This document shows positions 8,967 through 19,376 of a DNA stretch of 64,000 bases, piece by piece. The notes beneath the pieces are model-generated. The model searched no databases and was not told the origin of the DNA. It saw nothing but the letters and a program-made list of their open reading frames with translations. The position numbers were made by a program, and so were the translations under genes. Source of the stretch: Gemmatimonadales bacterium (GTDB lineage Bacteria; Gemmatimonadota; Gemmatimonadetes; Gemmatimonadales; GWC2-71-9); the NCBI GenBank assembly GCA_965249575.1, contig OZ252244.1:3520001-3584000 (forward strand), in the 5' to 3' direction. How positions within the stretch are numbered: the first letter of the stretch is position 1; the number at the start of each line of letters is the position of its first letter.

Positions 8967-10283
8967 ATGGGCACGACATCGGCAAAACTCACCCCGACGG
9001 TCGAATCGTACGCCGCTCGGTACCCTGACGTCCCGATGGAGGTCATCCTCAAGGAGGATCTCCTCCGCCTTGGCTTGCGACTCACCGATGCCGCGCTACG
9101 CTCCGCGCGGAACTGCCGGACCCAAGCGTACTACCTGTTCTCCTACAATATCTCCGCCCACGGGGACATGAAAGAAGGCGTGAGCACCGCCGCCCCGGAA
9201 GACATCATTTTTCGGGGCGGTCCCTACGGTCTCTGCCGGACCTGGGTGCGCGTCGTGCTGAACGACGCGTCCCCGTACGAGATCGACGTTGTCGATGGCC
9301 GGATCGTCATCTGTGAGCATGGTGTGCCAGTGGCCGAGGCCGTTTATCCCGAAAAGCCCGTGTATTACGGTAGCAAGTTCGATGACGGGACGCGGTACGA
9401 GCAAGTGATTCCTCTCCTCTACGATTCCTACGCATTCATTACGACCTTTCGCGCCTGCCACTATTGGGGCGACAAAGAGGAATGCAAGTTTTGCGACATC
9501 AACTACAACCTCCGTGAAATCCGACAGCTGACCGGCGACCACGTGACCGCAGACGCCATCAAAGACAAGGCGAAAGTGGCCGCGGTGCTCGATGCGATGT
9601 CGAGGGAGCCCGATCCCGGCAAACGGCTCATCACGATTATCATGACAGGCGGGTCGATCGTCCGAAAGGTAAAGGGCGGCCCGAACAACGCGACCGACTT
9701 CAACATCCCCTACGTTGAGGCGATTCGCGAGCGCATCGGCCGACGGGTTCCGATCGTGATGATCACCGAGAGCCAGCCGGTGGCATGCATTCGACGGTTC
9801 CGCGATGCCGGTGTGACCGTGCATAACGCGAATCTGGAGGTATGGGATAAGCGCCTTTTTCGAGCGATCGCACCGGGCAAGGACAAGTACGTTGGCTATG
9901 ACCTTTGGGTGCGACGCCTACTGGAATACGTCGACGTCATGGGAGAGGGCCGGGTGAGCCCGAACATGGTATCCGGTCTCGAGATGGCGCGGCCGTGGGG
10001 TTTCGGTACGGTGGCCGAAGCTGTCCAATCGGCGGCTGAAGGCTTTGAGTACTTCATGGTCCGCGGGGTGATTCCGCACTTGGATACGTGGTGCATCGAG
10101 CCGGGCACGGCCTTCGCGGGACACCCCCCAGTCCCGCTCGATTTCCTCATTCAAGCCGACATTGCTTGGTATGAGACGTGGCGCAGGTACAAGCTACCCC
10201 CGTTCGAGGGATACGGGCCGATGGGAGGAGGGCCGGGGATCGCGGTCTACGGCAACACCGGCTCCGTGGATATGGGAGGCTAG
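8967..10283 (+). CDS. Radical SAM protein with non-canonical CX8CX2C motif
   Basis: CHYWGDKEECKFC, IMTGG, NLEVWD, APGK, VSGLE. ATG 8967 preferred over TTG 8886. Confidence 0.75.
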   Translation: MGTTSAKLTPTVESYAARYPDVPMEVILKEDLLRLGLRLTDAALRSARNCRTQAYYLFSYNISAHGDMKEGVSTAAPEDIIFRGGPYGLCRTWVRVVLNDASPYEIDVVDGRIVICEHGVPVAEAVYPEKPVYYGSKFDDGTRYEQVIPLLYDSYAFITTFRACHYWGDKEECKFCDINYNLREIRQLTGDHVTADAIKDKAKVAAVLDAMSREPDPGKRLITIIMTGGSIVRKVKGGPNNATDFNIPYVEAIRERIGRRVPIVMITESQPVACIRRFRDAGVTVHNANLEVWDKRLFRAIAPGKDKYVGYDLWVRRLLEYVDVMGEGRVSPNMVSGLEMARPWGFGTVAEAVQSAAEGFEYFMVRGVIPHLDTWCIEPGTAFAGHPPVPLDFLIQADIAWYETWRRYKLPPFEGYGPMGGGPGIAVYGNTGSVDMGG

Positions 10284-10696
10284 CGGTCGGTCGCTACGGA
10301 ACCGGCTCGAACCGGCGACGGGGGGTGGAGCGCTTCGGCTTTTGGACGTGGTCCGAATCCGATCGCGATATGCGCTGGGTTTGCGCGAGGATCGCGAGGA
10401 ACCCGGCGATCAGCAGACCAACCAATACCGCCAGCTCGGTCAGCACGTTTGCGCTAACCGTTCGGTGCGTACGAGGCTGCGCCAGTGCGGCGTTCCAACG
10501 GCATTAGCGTGGTCCACGAGGGGTGAGAATGGCAGGGACCGTGCCGAGCGGGTGCTTGATGCGTGGCTTCATCTAAGTTGTTTGTGTTGAATGAGTTGTG
10601 GTTTCAGCTCTCAGACGGCTCGAAGGGGACCGGAGTCCTGGGACGGAAGGATTGGCCGGATCTTCCTGCCGGGCGGGTGGGCTCGGTTGGAGGGGC

Positions 10697-10729
10697 AAAA
10701 AGCGGAAAGCCCGGGGGAGCGCCCCGGGC
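10697..10729 (-). terminator. Probable intrinsic terminator of the ligase/ABC operon
   Basis: GCCCGGGG-N5-CCCCGGGC stem followed on the minus strand by TTTCCGCTTTTT. Confidence 0.5.
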
Positions 10730-10895
10730 CCGTACCTCTCCCGCTCGTCTGACGTGCTGAATTACTTCTCCGCTCCGCTGAGACCAAACATAGATAGAGC
10801 GGCAGCCATCTCCACCCATCCTGATTCCGCCGATGCCAGGCGCCGGACACGGAATCGACATCACAAACCTGGTTGGGCGAACGCGACCGACGCGC

Positions 10896-12173
10896 CTAGC
10901 CGCTGACTGGCACTTCCCGCTCGTCGACCAGAGGCTCCGGGTTCTCCGGGAGCGTCCCCGGCCTCACGACTTCGACCTCCACGCGCAGCCGCACCGCTTC
11001 GCGGACTGTCTCCTGCACCAAATCGCGGTCGATCGATCCCGGTTCCGTCGATTCGACTCTCAGTGTCAGCGTGTCCTGGTGCTCGGTGTGCCCGACGCGG
11101 GCCTGGTAGCGGGAGACAGACGGCACGCGAGCAAGCGCCGAGGCGAGTTGGCTCGGGTGCAAGAACATCCCCCTCACCTTCACACCTTCACCGACCCGGC
11201 CCAGGAATCCCACGAGCCGCGGTGTCGTGCGGCCGCAACTGCAGCCACCTTCCGCAAACGCTGAGAGGTCGCCAGTCCCGAAGCGCACCATTGGATACAC
11301 CTCGTCAGGACTGGTCACCACGACCTCGCCGGTCGCGGACCGCCCACCGCTCGCCGGATCGGCGATCTCGATAACGATCCCGGGCGCCACATGCCAACCG
11401 TTTTTCGCACGGCACTCGTAGCCTAGGCTGCCACAGTCCGCCGTACCGTATCCCTGAAACACTTCTACGCCGTGGCGACCCTCGATGTCCCGCCGTAATA
11501 CGGGCGGGAGGGCGGCGCCCGTGACGAAGGCACGCCGCAACGGCACGCGCACCTCACGCTCGGCAGCCCGCTCCAGCAGTTGGTGGAGGAAACCCGGCGT
11601 CCCGACGAAACCGGTGGTGCCGATTCGTGCCATGAGGTTGACCTGGGCTTCCGCATGTCCGACACCGCCCGGTACCACGACACAGCCGATGGCCCGCAAC
11701 CCCTCCTCGAGCATCGCACCCGCGGGCGTCAGGTGATAGGCGAAGGTATTCTGGACGATGTCGTCGTGGCGGAATCCCGCGGCCCACAATCCCGGAGCCA
11801 TGCGCCAGAAATCCGAACGATCACCCTCCGGATCCAGGATGGGTCCCGGCGACTGGTAGACTCGCCGAAGCGAGGAGAGCGGGATCGCCAGCATGCCGCC
11901 GAACGGGGGATGCTCCGCCTGCAGGGCCGGGAGGTCGTCCTTTTTCCGGATGGGGATGGCGCTCAGATCGTCGACGCCGCGTATGTCGCTTGGGTTGACT
12001 CCCGCCTCGCGAAGGCGGTGCTGCACCTCCGGAGCGTGCTCCGCGGCATGCTGGATGGCGTGCCGTACCAGGTCGTCTTGATAGCCCGGCCAGTCGGTGG
12101 TCGACTCCACTTCCGGTTGATACTGCTCCCCGAGGGGCCCAGCGTCCGATGCCCGCTCGTTCACGACAGCCAC
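10896..12173 (-). CDS. Phenylacetate-CoA ligase (PaaK)-like AMP-binding protein
   Basis: YQSPGPI, FAYHLTPAG, GFVGTPGFL, QGYGTAD, RFGTGDLS, KVRGMFLHP. Confidence 0.82.
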   Translation of the reverse strand: MAVVNERASDAGPLGEQYQPEVESTTDWPGYQDDLVRHAIQHAAEHAPEVQHRLREAGVNPSDIRGVDDLSAIPIRKKDDLPALQAEHPPFGGMLAIPLSSLRRVYQSPGPILDPEGDRSDFWRMAPGLWAAGFRHDDIVQNTFAYHLTPAGAMLEEGLRAIGCVVVPGGVGHAEAQVNLMARIGTTGFVGTPGFLHQLLERAAEREVRVPLRRAFVTGAALPPVLRRDIEGRHGVEVFQGYGTADCGSLGYECRAKNGWHVAPGIVIEIADPASGGRSATGEVVVTSPDEVYPMVRFGTGDLSAFAEGGCSCGRTTPRLVGFLGRVGEGVKVRGMFLHPSQLASALARVPSVSRYQARVGHTEHQDTLTLRVESTEPGSIDRDLVQETVREAVRLRVEVEVVRPGTLPENPEPLVDEREVPVSG

Positions 12174-12955
12174 CGTTTGCGGCGCCGGTAGTGCTTCACG
12201 TCCCGATACGATCGCCGAGCGCCGACCCCGGTCAGGCCGAGGTAGAACTCCCGAACGTCCTCGTTGGATTCGAGCGTCTCGGGCGTGCCTTCGAGCACGA
12301 CGCGGCCGCCCTCCATGATGTAGCCGTAATGGGCGATTGAGAGCGCCTGGGCGGCGTTCTGCTCCACGAGGAGGACCGAAGTGCCCTCTACCTCGTTGAT
12401 GTCGCGGATAATCCCGAGAATCTCCCGCACGAGGAGTGGGGCGAGTCCCAGCGACGGTTCGTCCAGTAGCATGATGCGCGGCCTCGCCATCAAGGCTCTC
12501 CCGATCGCGAGCATCTGCTGCTCTCCACCCGAGAGGTAGCCTGCCCGCTGCGCGGCCCGCTCCGCCAAGCGGGGGAAGTACGTGTACACGCGGGCAATGT
12601 CGCTGCGGAGGTGCCGCCGGTCGCGGCGGGTATGTGCGCCGGCCATCAGGTTCTCCTCAACGGTCAGATGCTCGAAAACTCGACGCCCCTCCATGACCTG
12701 CAGGATGCCACGCCGGACGATGTCGTCGGCGTCCCGGCTGTGAATCTCGCCACCGTCCAGCTCGATGCTTCCGTCGGTCACCTCACCGTGATCCGGGCGG
12801 AGGAGTCCCGAGATGGCTTTGAGCGTGGTCGTCTTGCCGGCACCGTTGGTGCCGAGCAGCGCGGCGATTTGGCCCCGTTCAACTCGCAGGGACAGTCCCT
12901 TGAGTACCAGGATGACGTCGTCGTATCGGACTTCGACGTTGTTCAGCTGAAGCAT
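12161..12955 (-). CDS. Branched-chain amino acid-type ABC transporter ATP-binding protein (LivF-like)
   Basis: Walker A GTNGAGKT, signature LSGGEQQM, Walker B LLDEPSLGLAP, VEQN. Confidence 0.92.
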   Translation of the reverse strand: MLQLNNVEVRYDDVILVLKGLSLRVERGQIAALLGTNGAGKTTTLKAISGLLRPDHGEVTDGSIELDGGEIHSRDADDIVRRGILQVMEGRRVFEHLTVEENLMAGAHTRRDRRHLRSDIARVYTYFPRLAERAAQRAGYLSGGEQQMLAIGRALMARPRIMLLDEPSLGLAPLLVREILGIIRDINEVEGTSVLLVEQNAAQALSIAHYGYIMEGGRVVLEGTPETLESNEDVREFYLGLTGVGARRSYRDVKHYRRRKRWLS

Positions 12956-12998
12956 GCTCGGGATTCCAACAAGCCCACTTGGGGGAGCGCGGCGGAGA

Positions 12999-14201
12999 TC
13001 ATTGGTCGGCGGCCCAATCCGGGGCAGTTCGGAAATCCGTCATCGGCACCCACACCCCCTCTCGAACCCGGAACAGACGCATCCCGTCCGATCCCCAGTG
13101 GTCTTCGGCACTGAACACGATGGGGACAGTGACGCCCCCGGTCTTGAAATCGCGCAGTTGCTCCAGGGCGCCTTTGATGTTTTCACCGGTCAGCTCTTGG
13201 CCAGCCGCGGTCACGCTACGGATTCCCTCGACCATGACCGCTGTGGTCCACCACCCCTGGGCATACATGAGTCCCAGGTCCTCGATGGAAGCGCCCTGGT
13301 CGGTGAGATAGGAGCGGATTTCTTGGATACCCTCGACGTCCTCGCTGAGTGGTGCAAACGGCATGGAGCCCACGACGCCTTCGGCCGCGGTTCCGGCCAG
13401 GTCGGTTAGGACCTCGTTGGAACACCAGTTGAGGCAGATGAATGTGGCGTCGAGTCCCAAGCTGCGCGCGTTGCGCAGCGTGATCGCCACCGGTCCCGAC
13501 GTGTTCTGGAAAACGACGTACTCGGCTCCGTCCTGCCGGAGGCGAGTCAGCTCAGCCGTGAAATCGATGGCGCCACGAGGCATCTCATAGGACTTGGCGT
13601 CGATGCCGTGGTCGTTCGCGTATTGGCGGCCGCCCTGATTCCAGGGGGCGAGGCCGAACGGGCTGGCGTGATGCATGAGCGCGACACGCGGCGGGGCCCG
13701 CACTCCCCGCGCGGCGACATCCTCCCGAATCCAATCGAGCACGATGATGAACTGATCGCTATAGCTAGTCCCGACTAGGAAGTTGTAGGGGGCCTCTTCC
13801 GGGTCTCCCAATACGTGCGAGTACGAAGCTGACGTAAACGGAATCCGGTCATCTGCGATCCGGGCTCGCAGCGCTTCGGTGTCCCCCGTTCCCCATCCCA
13901 TGAACGCGACCACGCCCTCGGAGACGAATTGGCTGTAGAGCTGCTCGGCTTGCGGCACCTGATAGGCGTAATCCTGAAACACGAGATCGACCGGCGCACC
14001 TTCAATCCCGCCGCTCGCGTTCAGCCATTTGACGTAGCCCCGCACACCTTCCGCATAGCTCGCGCCGACGTCGGACGTGGGTCCGGTGAGATCGAAGATC
14101 GCGCCGATCTTGATGCCGCGGTCTTCGCCTCCGTCCCCGCAAGCGCCTAACGCCGCCGCCAGGAAAACGAGCAGCGCGAGAGTAAGACCAGGCTTGCGCA
14201 C
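12999..14201 (-). CDS. ABC transporter substrate-binding lipoprotein (Leu/Ile/Val-binding family)
   Basis: Lipobox LGAC; IKIGAIFDLTGPTS; GWGTGDTEAL. Confidence 0.88.
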   Translation of the reverse strand: MRKPGLTLALLVFLAAALGACGDGGEDRGIKIGAIFDLTGPTSDVGASYAEGVRGYVKWLNASGGIEGAPVDLVFQDYAYQVPQAEQLYSQFVSEGVVAFMGWGTGDTEALRARIADDRIPFTSASYSHVLGDPEEAPYNFLVGTSYSDQFIIVLDWIREDVAARGVRAPPRVALMHHASPFGLAPWNQGGRQYANDHGIDAKSYEMPRGAIDFTAELTRLRQDGAEYVVFQNTSGPVAITLRNARSLGLDATFICLNWCSNEVLTDLAGTAAEGVVGSMPFAPLSEDVEGIQEIRSYLTDQGASIEDLGLMYAQGWWTTAVMVEGIRSVTAAGQELTGENIKGALEQLRDFKTGGVTVPIVFSAEDHWGSDGMRLFRVREGVWVPMTDFRTAPDWAADQ

Positions 14202-14292
14202 GGGAGTACCTCCGGTGATCGATGGTCGCGGTGTGGGAGTCCCGCGAGTGGACTCACGCGCCCGGCGTCGGCGTGACCGAGCCCCGCCTATT

Positions 14293-15339
14293 CTAGTAGC
14301 TGAACGGCCAGACCGCGAAGTAGTCCTTTACGTTGCGCCAGAGTTTGGCGAGGCCACCTGGCTCCAGGACCAGGAACAGAATGATGATCAGCCCGAACAT
14401 TCCCTGTTGAACTGACGGGAGCAAGGTCGCGATTGCTGGAGCGGTATCCTGCAGGCTCCGTCCCAGCGTATTGATGGCGGCGGGGAGCAGAGTAATGAAA
14501 GCGGCCCCCAGGAAGGATCCGGTGAGGGTGCCCAACCCTCCGATGATTATCATTGCGAGGTAGAGGATACTGGTCTCGATCGTGAAGCGTTCCCAGGTCA
14601 CGATGGTTCGGTAGTGCGCGATCAGCGCCCCGGCCAGTCCCACGATGAAAGATGAAGTGGCAAAGGCCAGCAGTTTGTAGTAGTAGACGTTCACGCCGAC
14701 GACGTTGGCCGCGACGTCCTGGTCTCGAATCGCCACAAAGGCTCGCCCAACGCGAGATCGGAACAGGTTGGCCGCGAAGAGCGCCGTGGCCCCAGCGGTC
14801 GACGCCGCGATCCAGTAAAAACGAAAGTCGGTATTCACTCGCTGACCGAGAAGCGTCGGGGCAGGAATCACCAGGGCCTCGGTGCCGCCCGTAAGCACTG
14901 TCCAATGCGTGACGATCCACTCGACGATTTCCTGCGCTGCGAGGGTCGCCACCGCGAGATAGAGGCCCTTGAGGCGTAGTGAAGGCAGGCCGAAGAACAC
15001 GCCGATCGCTGCGGTCAGGATGCATGCCGCCGGTATGCTGAGCCAGAAGGGAACGCCCATTCGAGCGGTGAGGATCCCGGTCCCGTAGGCTCCGACGGCC
15101 ATGAACGCGCCCTGGCCGAGTGAGATTTGACCGGTATACCCGACCAAGATATTCAGGCCGATTGCGCCGACAGTGGCGATCGCCACCTGATTGCCAAGGC
15201 TGAGCCAGTAGGGTGAGGCGACGAACGGAAAGGCGAGCGCCCCGATGAGAAAGAGTCCGAGACGCACGCGTTCGAGCGGGGTGCGCCTCAGGCCCATGTC
15301 GGCCTCGTACGTGACGTGGAAGTGTCCGGACTGTAACAT
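14293..15339 (-). CDS. Branched-chain amino acid-type ABC permease (LivM-like)
   Basis: GLNILVGYTGQISLGQGAF, LRLKGLYLAVATLA, AIRD. Start moved to ATG 15339 (MLQSGHF), which overlaps the upstream stop. Confidence 0.9.
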   Translation of the reverse strand: MLQSGHFHVTYEADMGLRRTPLERVRLGLFLIGALAFPFVASPYWLSLGNQVAIATVGAIGLNILVGYTGQISLGQGAFMAVGAYGTGILTARMGVPFWLSIPAACILTAAIGVFFGLPSLRLKGLYLAVATLAAQEIVEWIVTHWTVLTGGTEALVIPAPTLLGQRVNTDFRFYWIAASTAGATALFAANLFRSRVGRAFVAIRDQDVAANVVGVNVYYYKLLAFATSSFIVGLAGALIAHYRTIVTWERFTIETSILYLAMIIIGGLGTLTGSFLGAAFITLLPAAINTLGRSLQDTAPAIATLLPSVQQGMFGLIIILFLVLEPGGLAKLWRNVKDYFAVWPFSY

Positions 15340-16211
15340 CAGACCCGCTCGACGATCTCCCGGCCGAAGAGCCCGTATGGACGGACCATGAGCACGACGA
15401 TCAACAGCACGAACGGCACGATCAGGTTGACCCCGTGCCCGATGTACCCGCCGGTGTACGCTTCGAGTAACCCGATTATCGCCCCGCCCACCACCGCCCC
15501 AGCGATGGAATCCAAGCCGCCGAGAATGACGACGGGGAAAACGCGGAGTCCGATGGCGCCGATGTCCTGACTCACGCCGACGATGTTGGCCAACATCACT
15601 CCGCCTATTGCCGCAGATGCGGCGGCCATCGCCCACGCGAGCGCGAAGACGCGTTTAATGCTGATCCCCATGCTGAGCGCTGCCTGCTGATCGTCGGCGA
15701 TCGCCCGCATCGCGATGCCGTCCCGCGCGACGCGGAAGAACAGTCCGAGGGCGACGAGCAGACCGACGGTGAGCGCGATGATCACCAGACGGTCGGCTCC
15801 GAGGACTGCCGAACCGAGGCGCACGTCTCCAGATGGAACGAACGCGGGGAAGGGTCGGGGGCGTGGACCCCAGACGGCGTTCACGAGTCCCTTGAGAAGG
15901 CTGGACAATCCGATGGTCACCATGATCATCGAGATGATGGGCTCACCGATAAGCGGTCGCAGGACGAACCGCTCGATGAGCAGGCCGGCCCCCACCGCGG
16001 TGAGCAGCGCGAGTAACACCCCCAGGCTCCACGGGAGGCCGAGTTGCGCAACGAAGAAAAACGTGAGATAAGCACCGAGTAACAACAACTCCCCCTGGGC
16101 GAAGTTGATGACGTCGCTGGCTTTGTATATGACCACGAACCCGACGGCTGCCAGGGCGTAAACCATGCCGTTACTCAAGCCAGAAACGCTAAGCTGTAAA
16201 AAGACGTCCAC
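15339..16211 (-). CDS. Branched-chain amino acid-type ABC permease (LivH-like)
   Basis: VINFAQGE, GIAMRAIADD, VILGGLDS, RPYGLFG. Confidence 0.92.
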   Translation of the reverse strand: MDVFLQLSVSGLSNGMVYALAAVGFVVIYKASDVINFAQGELLLLGAYLTFFFVAQLGLPWSLGVLLALLTAVGAGLLIERFVLRPLIGEPIISMIMVTIGLSSLLKGLVNAVWGPRPRPFPAFVPSGDVRLGSAVLGADRLVIIALTVGLLVALGLFFRVARDGIAMRAIADDQQAALSMGISIKRVFALAWAMAAASAAIGGVMLANIVGVSQDIGAIGLRVFPVVILGGLDSIAGAVVGGAIIGLLEAYTGGYIGHGVNLIVPFVLLIVVLMVRPYGLFGREIVERV

Positions 16212-16243
16212 GCGGATCTCCCAGGAGTATGCTCCAGCTGGGG

Positions 16244-18202
16244 CTACGGAACCGGTCGGATGGCGTCGGCCCGATTGACTTGCGTGTCTCCGGCGGAAGT
16301 CGACTCCTCGGCAAGCGATTCGATCCGGAGCGTCGTGCGGATGACCGCGGTCCGACCATCCTGATAGGCAATTGAGGAATCGATCGAGACCGCGCCGGCT
16401 TTACCGTAGAGGGCATCCACGAGCTCGGCATATCGGGAGCCGATCGTCTTTCGGCGTACCTTACGAGTGCGCGTGAGCTCCTCGTCGTCCGCATCGAGCT
16501 CCTTGTGGAGCAGCAGGAATCGGCGAACTCGGGCCGCCGGCGGAAGGCCGTCATTGGTTCGCTCGACACTGGCCCGGACGAGGTCGTAGACGCCGCGCTT
16601 CTGGGACAGATCGGTGAACGTCGTGTAAGGTACCTGATGCCGTTCCGCCCACTTGCCAGTGTTCGCGAAGTCGATTGCGATGATAGCGGTTACGAAGGGC
16701 CGGTCACCGCCGAACACTACGGCCTCACGCACGTACGGACTGAACTTGATCTTGTTTTCGACGAACTGCGGGCTGAAGAGCGTGTCGTCCGCCAATCGCA
16801 GCACGTCCTGGGCACGATCTATGACGACCAGGTGCCCGTCGTCCTCCAGGTATCCCGCATCACCGGAGTGAAGCCATCCGTCGCGCAGCGTCTCGGCCGT
16901 GGAATCGGCATCCCGGAAATAGCCGAGAAACACCGCGGGGCTGCGCGTGAGGATCTCTCCTCCTTCGTCAATGCGAAGTGTCGTATCGGGCAGCGGTAGA
17001 CCCACCGTGTCGAAGCGAATGTCGTTGTCGCGGTGCAGGACGGAGATCCCCGAGACCTCCGTCTGGCCGTAGATCTGCTTGAGATTCACATCGAGAGCGT
17101 GAAAAAAGCGGATGACGTCGGGCCCGAGAGCGGCTCCGCCGGTGTAGGCGCGTTTGAGCCGCCTGAGCCCGTAGCGATCCTTGACGGGCACAAATGCCAG
17201 CAGCTCGGCGATTGGACGTTTCGCCCGCTGACCCCAGGATGGTGCCTGTCCCGTGAGTCGAGCATCGGCGATGGCGGTTCCTACCTCCATGGCCCACTCG
17301 AACGCCTTGCGTTTGAGCCACGGAGCGTCCTCGACTTTGACCTGTATCTCGGACACGATGTTCTCCCAGATCCGTGGAGGCGAGAACATCATGTGTGGGC
17401 CCACCTCCCGAAGGTCCGCCTGAACGGTCCCAGGCTCTTCTGGGAAGTTGACCGTGAAGCGGCGGGTGAGGGCCCATGAGACCGTCATCATCTGCTCGCC
17501 GATCCACGCCAACGGCAAGAAAGAGAGATACTCGTCGCGGGGCTCCATGGGATCGACTTGCTGGAGGTTCTCGGCCATGCTCAGCAGGTTGCGGTGCGTC
17601 AGCATCGCGAGCTTGGGGCGGCCGGTCGTCCCTGACGTCGTCGACAGGATGGCCACATCGTTGGGACAGGTCGCCTCGACGCTCGCGCGGAAATCCCCGG
17701 GGTGAGCCCGCTCGACGTCGAGCCCCCGGGCCTCCACGTCAGGGAACGTCAACAGTAAGGGGCTCTCGTACACTCCGAGCCCACGCGGATCGTGGTAAAT
17801 GATGTATTCGAGCTTGGAAAGGCTTCGCTGGATGTCCAGTAACTTATCGACCTGCTCCTGATCCTCCGCCACGACGCACCGTGCCTCGGAAAAGTCAAGT
17901 ATGTACTGCACTTCCGATGGCACCGAGTCCTGGTACACCCCCACCGAGATCGCGCCGAGGGACTGGGCGGCCAGTTCGGCGATGACCCACTCGGGACGGT
18001 TGTCTCCGAGGATCGCGATGGTGTCTCCCTTCCGCAGGCCGAGGTGGCTCAGGCCCAGGGAAAAGTCGCGCACTCGCCGCGCGTAATCTCTCCAAGAATG
18101 CTCCCGCCAGATTCCGAGATCCTTTTCCCGGAGCGCGATCTGATCTGGGAAACGATCGGCGTTCGCGAAAAGAACCTTGGGCAGGGTTTGAACGTCCGTC
18201 AC
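16244..18202 (-). CDS. Long-chain acyl-CoA synthetase (AMP-binding)
   Basis: TTSGTTGRPK, IYGQTE, GWLHSGDAG, ELTRTRKVRR. Confidence 0.9.
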   Translation of the reverse strand: MTDVQTLPKVLFANADRFPDQIALREKDLGIWREHSWRDYARRVRDFSLGLSHLGLRKGDTIAILGDNRPEWVIAELAAQSLGAISVGVYQDSVPSEVQYILDFSEARCVVAEDQEQVDKLLDIQRSLSKLEYIIYHDPRGLGVYESPLLLTFPDVEARGLDVERAHPGDFRASVEATCPNDVAILSTTSGTTGRPKLAMLTHRNLLSMAENLQQVDPMEPRDEYLSFLPLAWIGEQMMTVSWALTRRFTVNFPEEPGTVQADLREVGPHMMFSPPRIWENIVSEIQVKVEDAPWLKRKAFEWAMEVGTAIADARLTGQAPSWGQRAKRPIAELLAFVPVKDRYGLRRLKRAYTGGAALGPDVIRFFHALDVNLKQIYGQTEVSGISVLHRDNDIRFDTVGLPLPDTTLRIDEGGEILTRSPAVFLGYFRDADSTAETLRDGWLHSGDAGYLEDDGHLVVIDRAQDVLRLADDTLFSPQFVENKIKFSPYVREAVVFGGDRPFVTAIIAIDFANTGKWAERHQVPYTTFTDLSQKRGVYDLVRASVERTNDGLPPAARVRRFLLLHKELDADDEELTRTRKVRRKTIGSRYAELVDALYGKAGAVSIDSSIAYQDGRTAVIRTTLRIESLAEESTSAGDTQVNRADAIRPVP

Positions 18203-18993
18203 GATTCCCCGAGATACGCCTGAATCACCTCCGGATTACGACGGATCGCGTCCGGAGGGCCCTGTGCAATCAGGCGGCCGAAGTCGAGAACCGCCACCCG
18301 TTGTGCGATGTCCATGACCACACCCATGTCGTGATCGATCAGCACGGCTGTGACACCCAACTCCTCGTTGACGTCGAGGGTGAACCGCGCCATGGCTTCC
18401 TTTTCCTCGGCGTTCATTCCAGCCATTGGCTCATCCAAGAGGAGAACCTCCGGATCCAGAGCCAGCGCGCGACCGAGCTCGACTCGCTTTTGCATGCCAT
18501 ACGGAAGGTGTCCGACGTGCTTGTGGCGAACATGCTGGATGTCCAAGAAATCGATCAAGTCTTCGACTCGCCGCCGATGGGCGACCTCGACCTTCCGCTG
18601 CGTTGGCCAGTACAGGCCGCCGCTCAGTGCGCCGCCGGTCATGTGGATGTGTCGTCCGAGCATGAGGTTGTCGAGCACGGTCATGTTGCGGAACAGCTCG
18701 ATGTTCTGAAACGAGCGCGCGATGCCGAGACGGGCGATCTCGTGGGGGCGGCGCCGGGTTAGCTCGTGTGCCTCCCCCACGGCGTCAACGAAGAGAATCC
18801 GTCCGGTCGCCGGTCGATAGAGTCCGCTGATGCAGTTGAGCAGGCTCGTCTTCCCCGCGCCGTTCGGGCCAATGATGGCGAGCAGCTCTCGAGCATGGAC
18901 GTCCAAGGACACGCCCGATAGTGCGCGGACTCCTCCAAAGCTGAGGTGGACGTCGTGCACGGCGAGCTGGGCGGCGGGGGCCACGAGGTTCAT
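18199..18993 (-). CDS. Branched-chain amino acid-type ABC transporter ATP-binding protein (LivG-like)
   Basis: GPNGAGKT, LPYGMQKRVELGRAL, LLDEPMAG, IDHDM, VIQAYLG. Confidence 0.92.
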   Translation of the reverse strand: MNLVAPAAQLAVHDVHLSFGGVRALSGVSLDVHARELLAIIGPNGAGKTSLLNCISGLYRPATGRILFVDAVGEAHELTRRRPHEIARLGIARSFQNIELFRNMTVLDNLMLGRHIHMTGGALSGGLYWPTQRKVEVAHRRRVEDLIDFLDIQHVRHKHVGHLPYGMQKRVELGRALALDPEVLLLDEPMAGMNAEEKEAMARFTLDVNEELGVTAVLIDHDMGVVMDIAQRVAVLDFGRLIAQGPPDAIRRNPEVIQAYLGES

Positions 18994-19376
18994 AGCAGTC
19001 GAAACGGCCGGCGCGTCCCCCGTGGCTGAGTGACGAGCGAGATGACGTTAATGTGTCAGCTCCCCTGCTTCACGGCGTGCACCGAAACGTCCGAACGCCC
19101 TCCGGCGATGCTGAAGGCGACGCGAAGGACATGCGATCGCCCGCGTCTGAAGGGAGTTACCGTAGAATGAGGTCGCGAGGATTTGCATGGTCGTCGTCGG
19201 TGATATCAAGTTGATCGTGCCGCGCCAGTCGCTACCCTGGGTCGGGATGACGTCTAAGCAAACCCGTGACACGTAGGGGAGTCAACCGGTTGCTCGCCTG
19301 GTGGCCTCGTTACAGATTTGCTGCCCTATCTCGATACGCGGCCGACGCGACTGGGCGTGCCAACCAGGAGATACCC

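Noticed and set aside
10284..10895. Short ORFs or an RNA gene between the radical SAM and ligase genes
   Set aside because: No ORF with a convincing RBS or motif, and no recognisable tRNA or ncRNA fold; only a terminator-like hairpin is supported.
10896..18993. Acyl-CoA ligases inside a Liv-type ABC operon as a novel system
   Set aside because: This arrangement is a widespread, known fatty/aromatic acid uptake-activation cluster.
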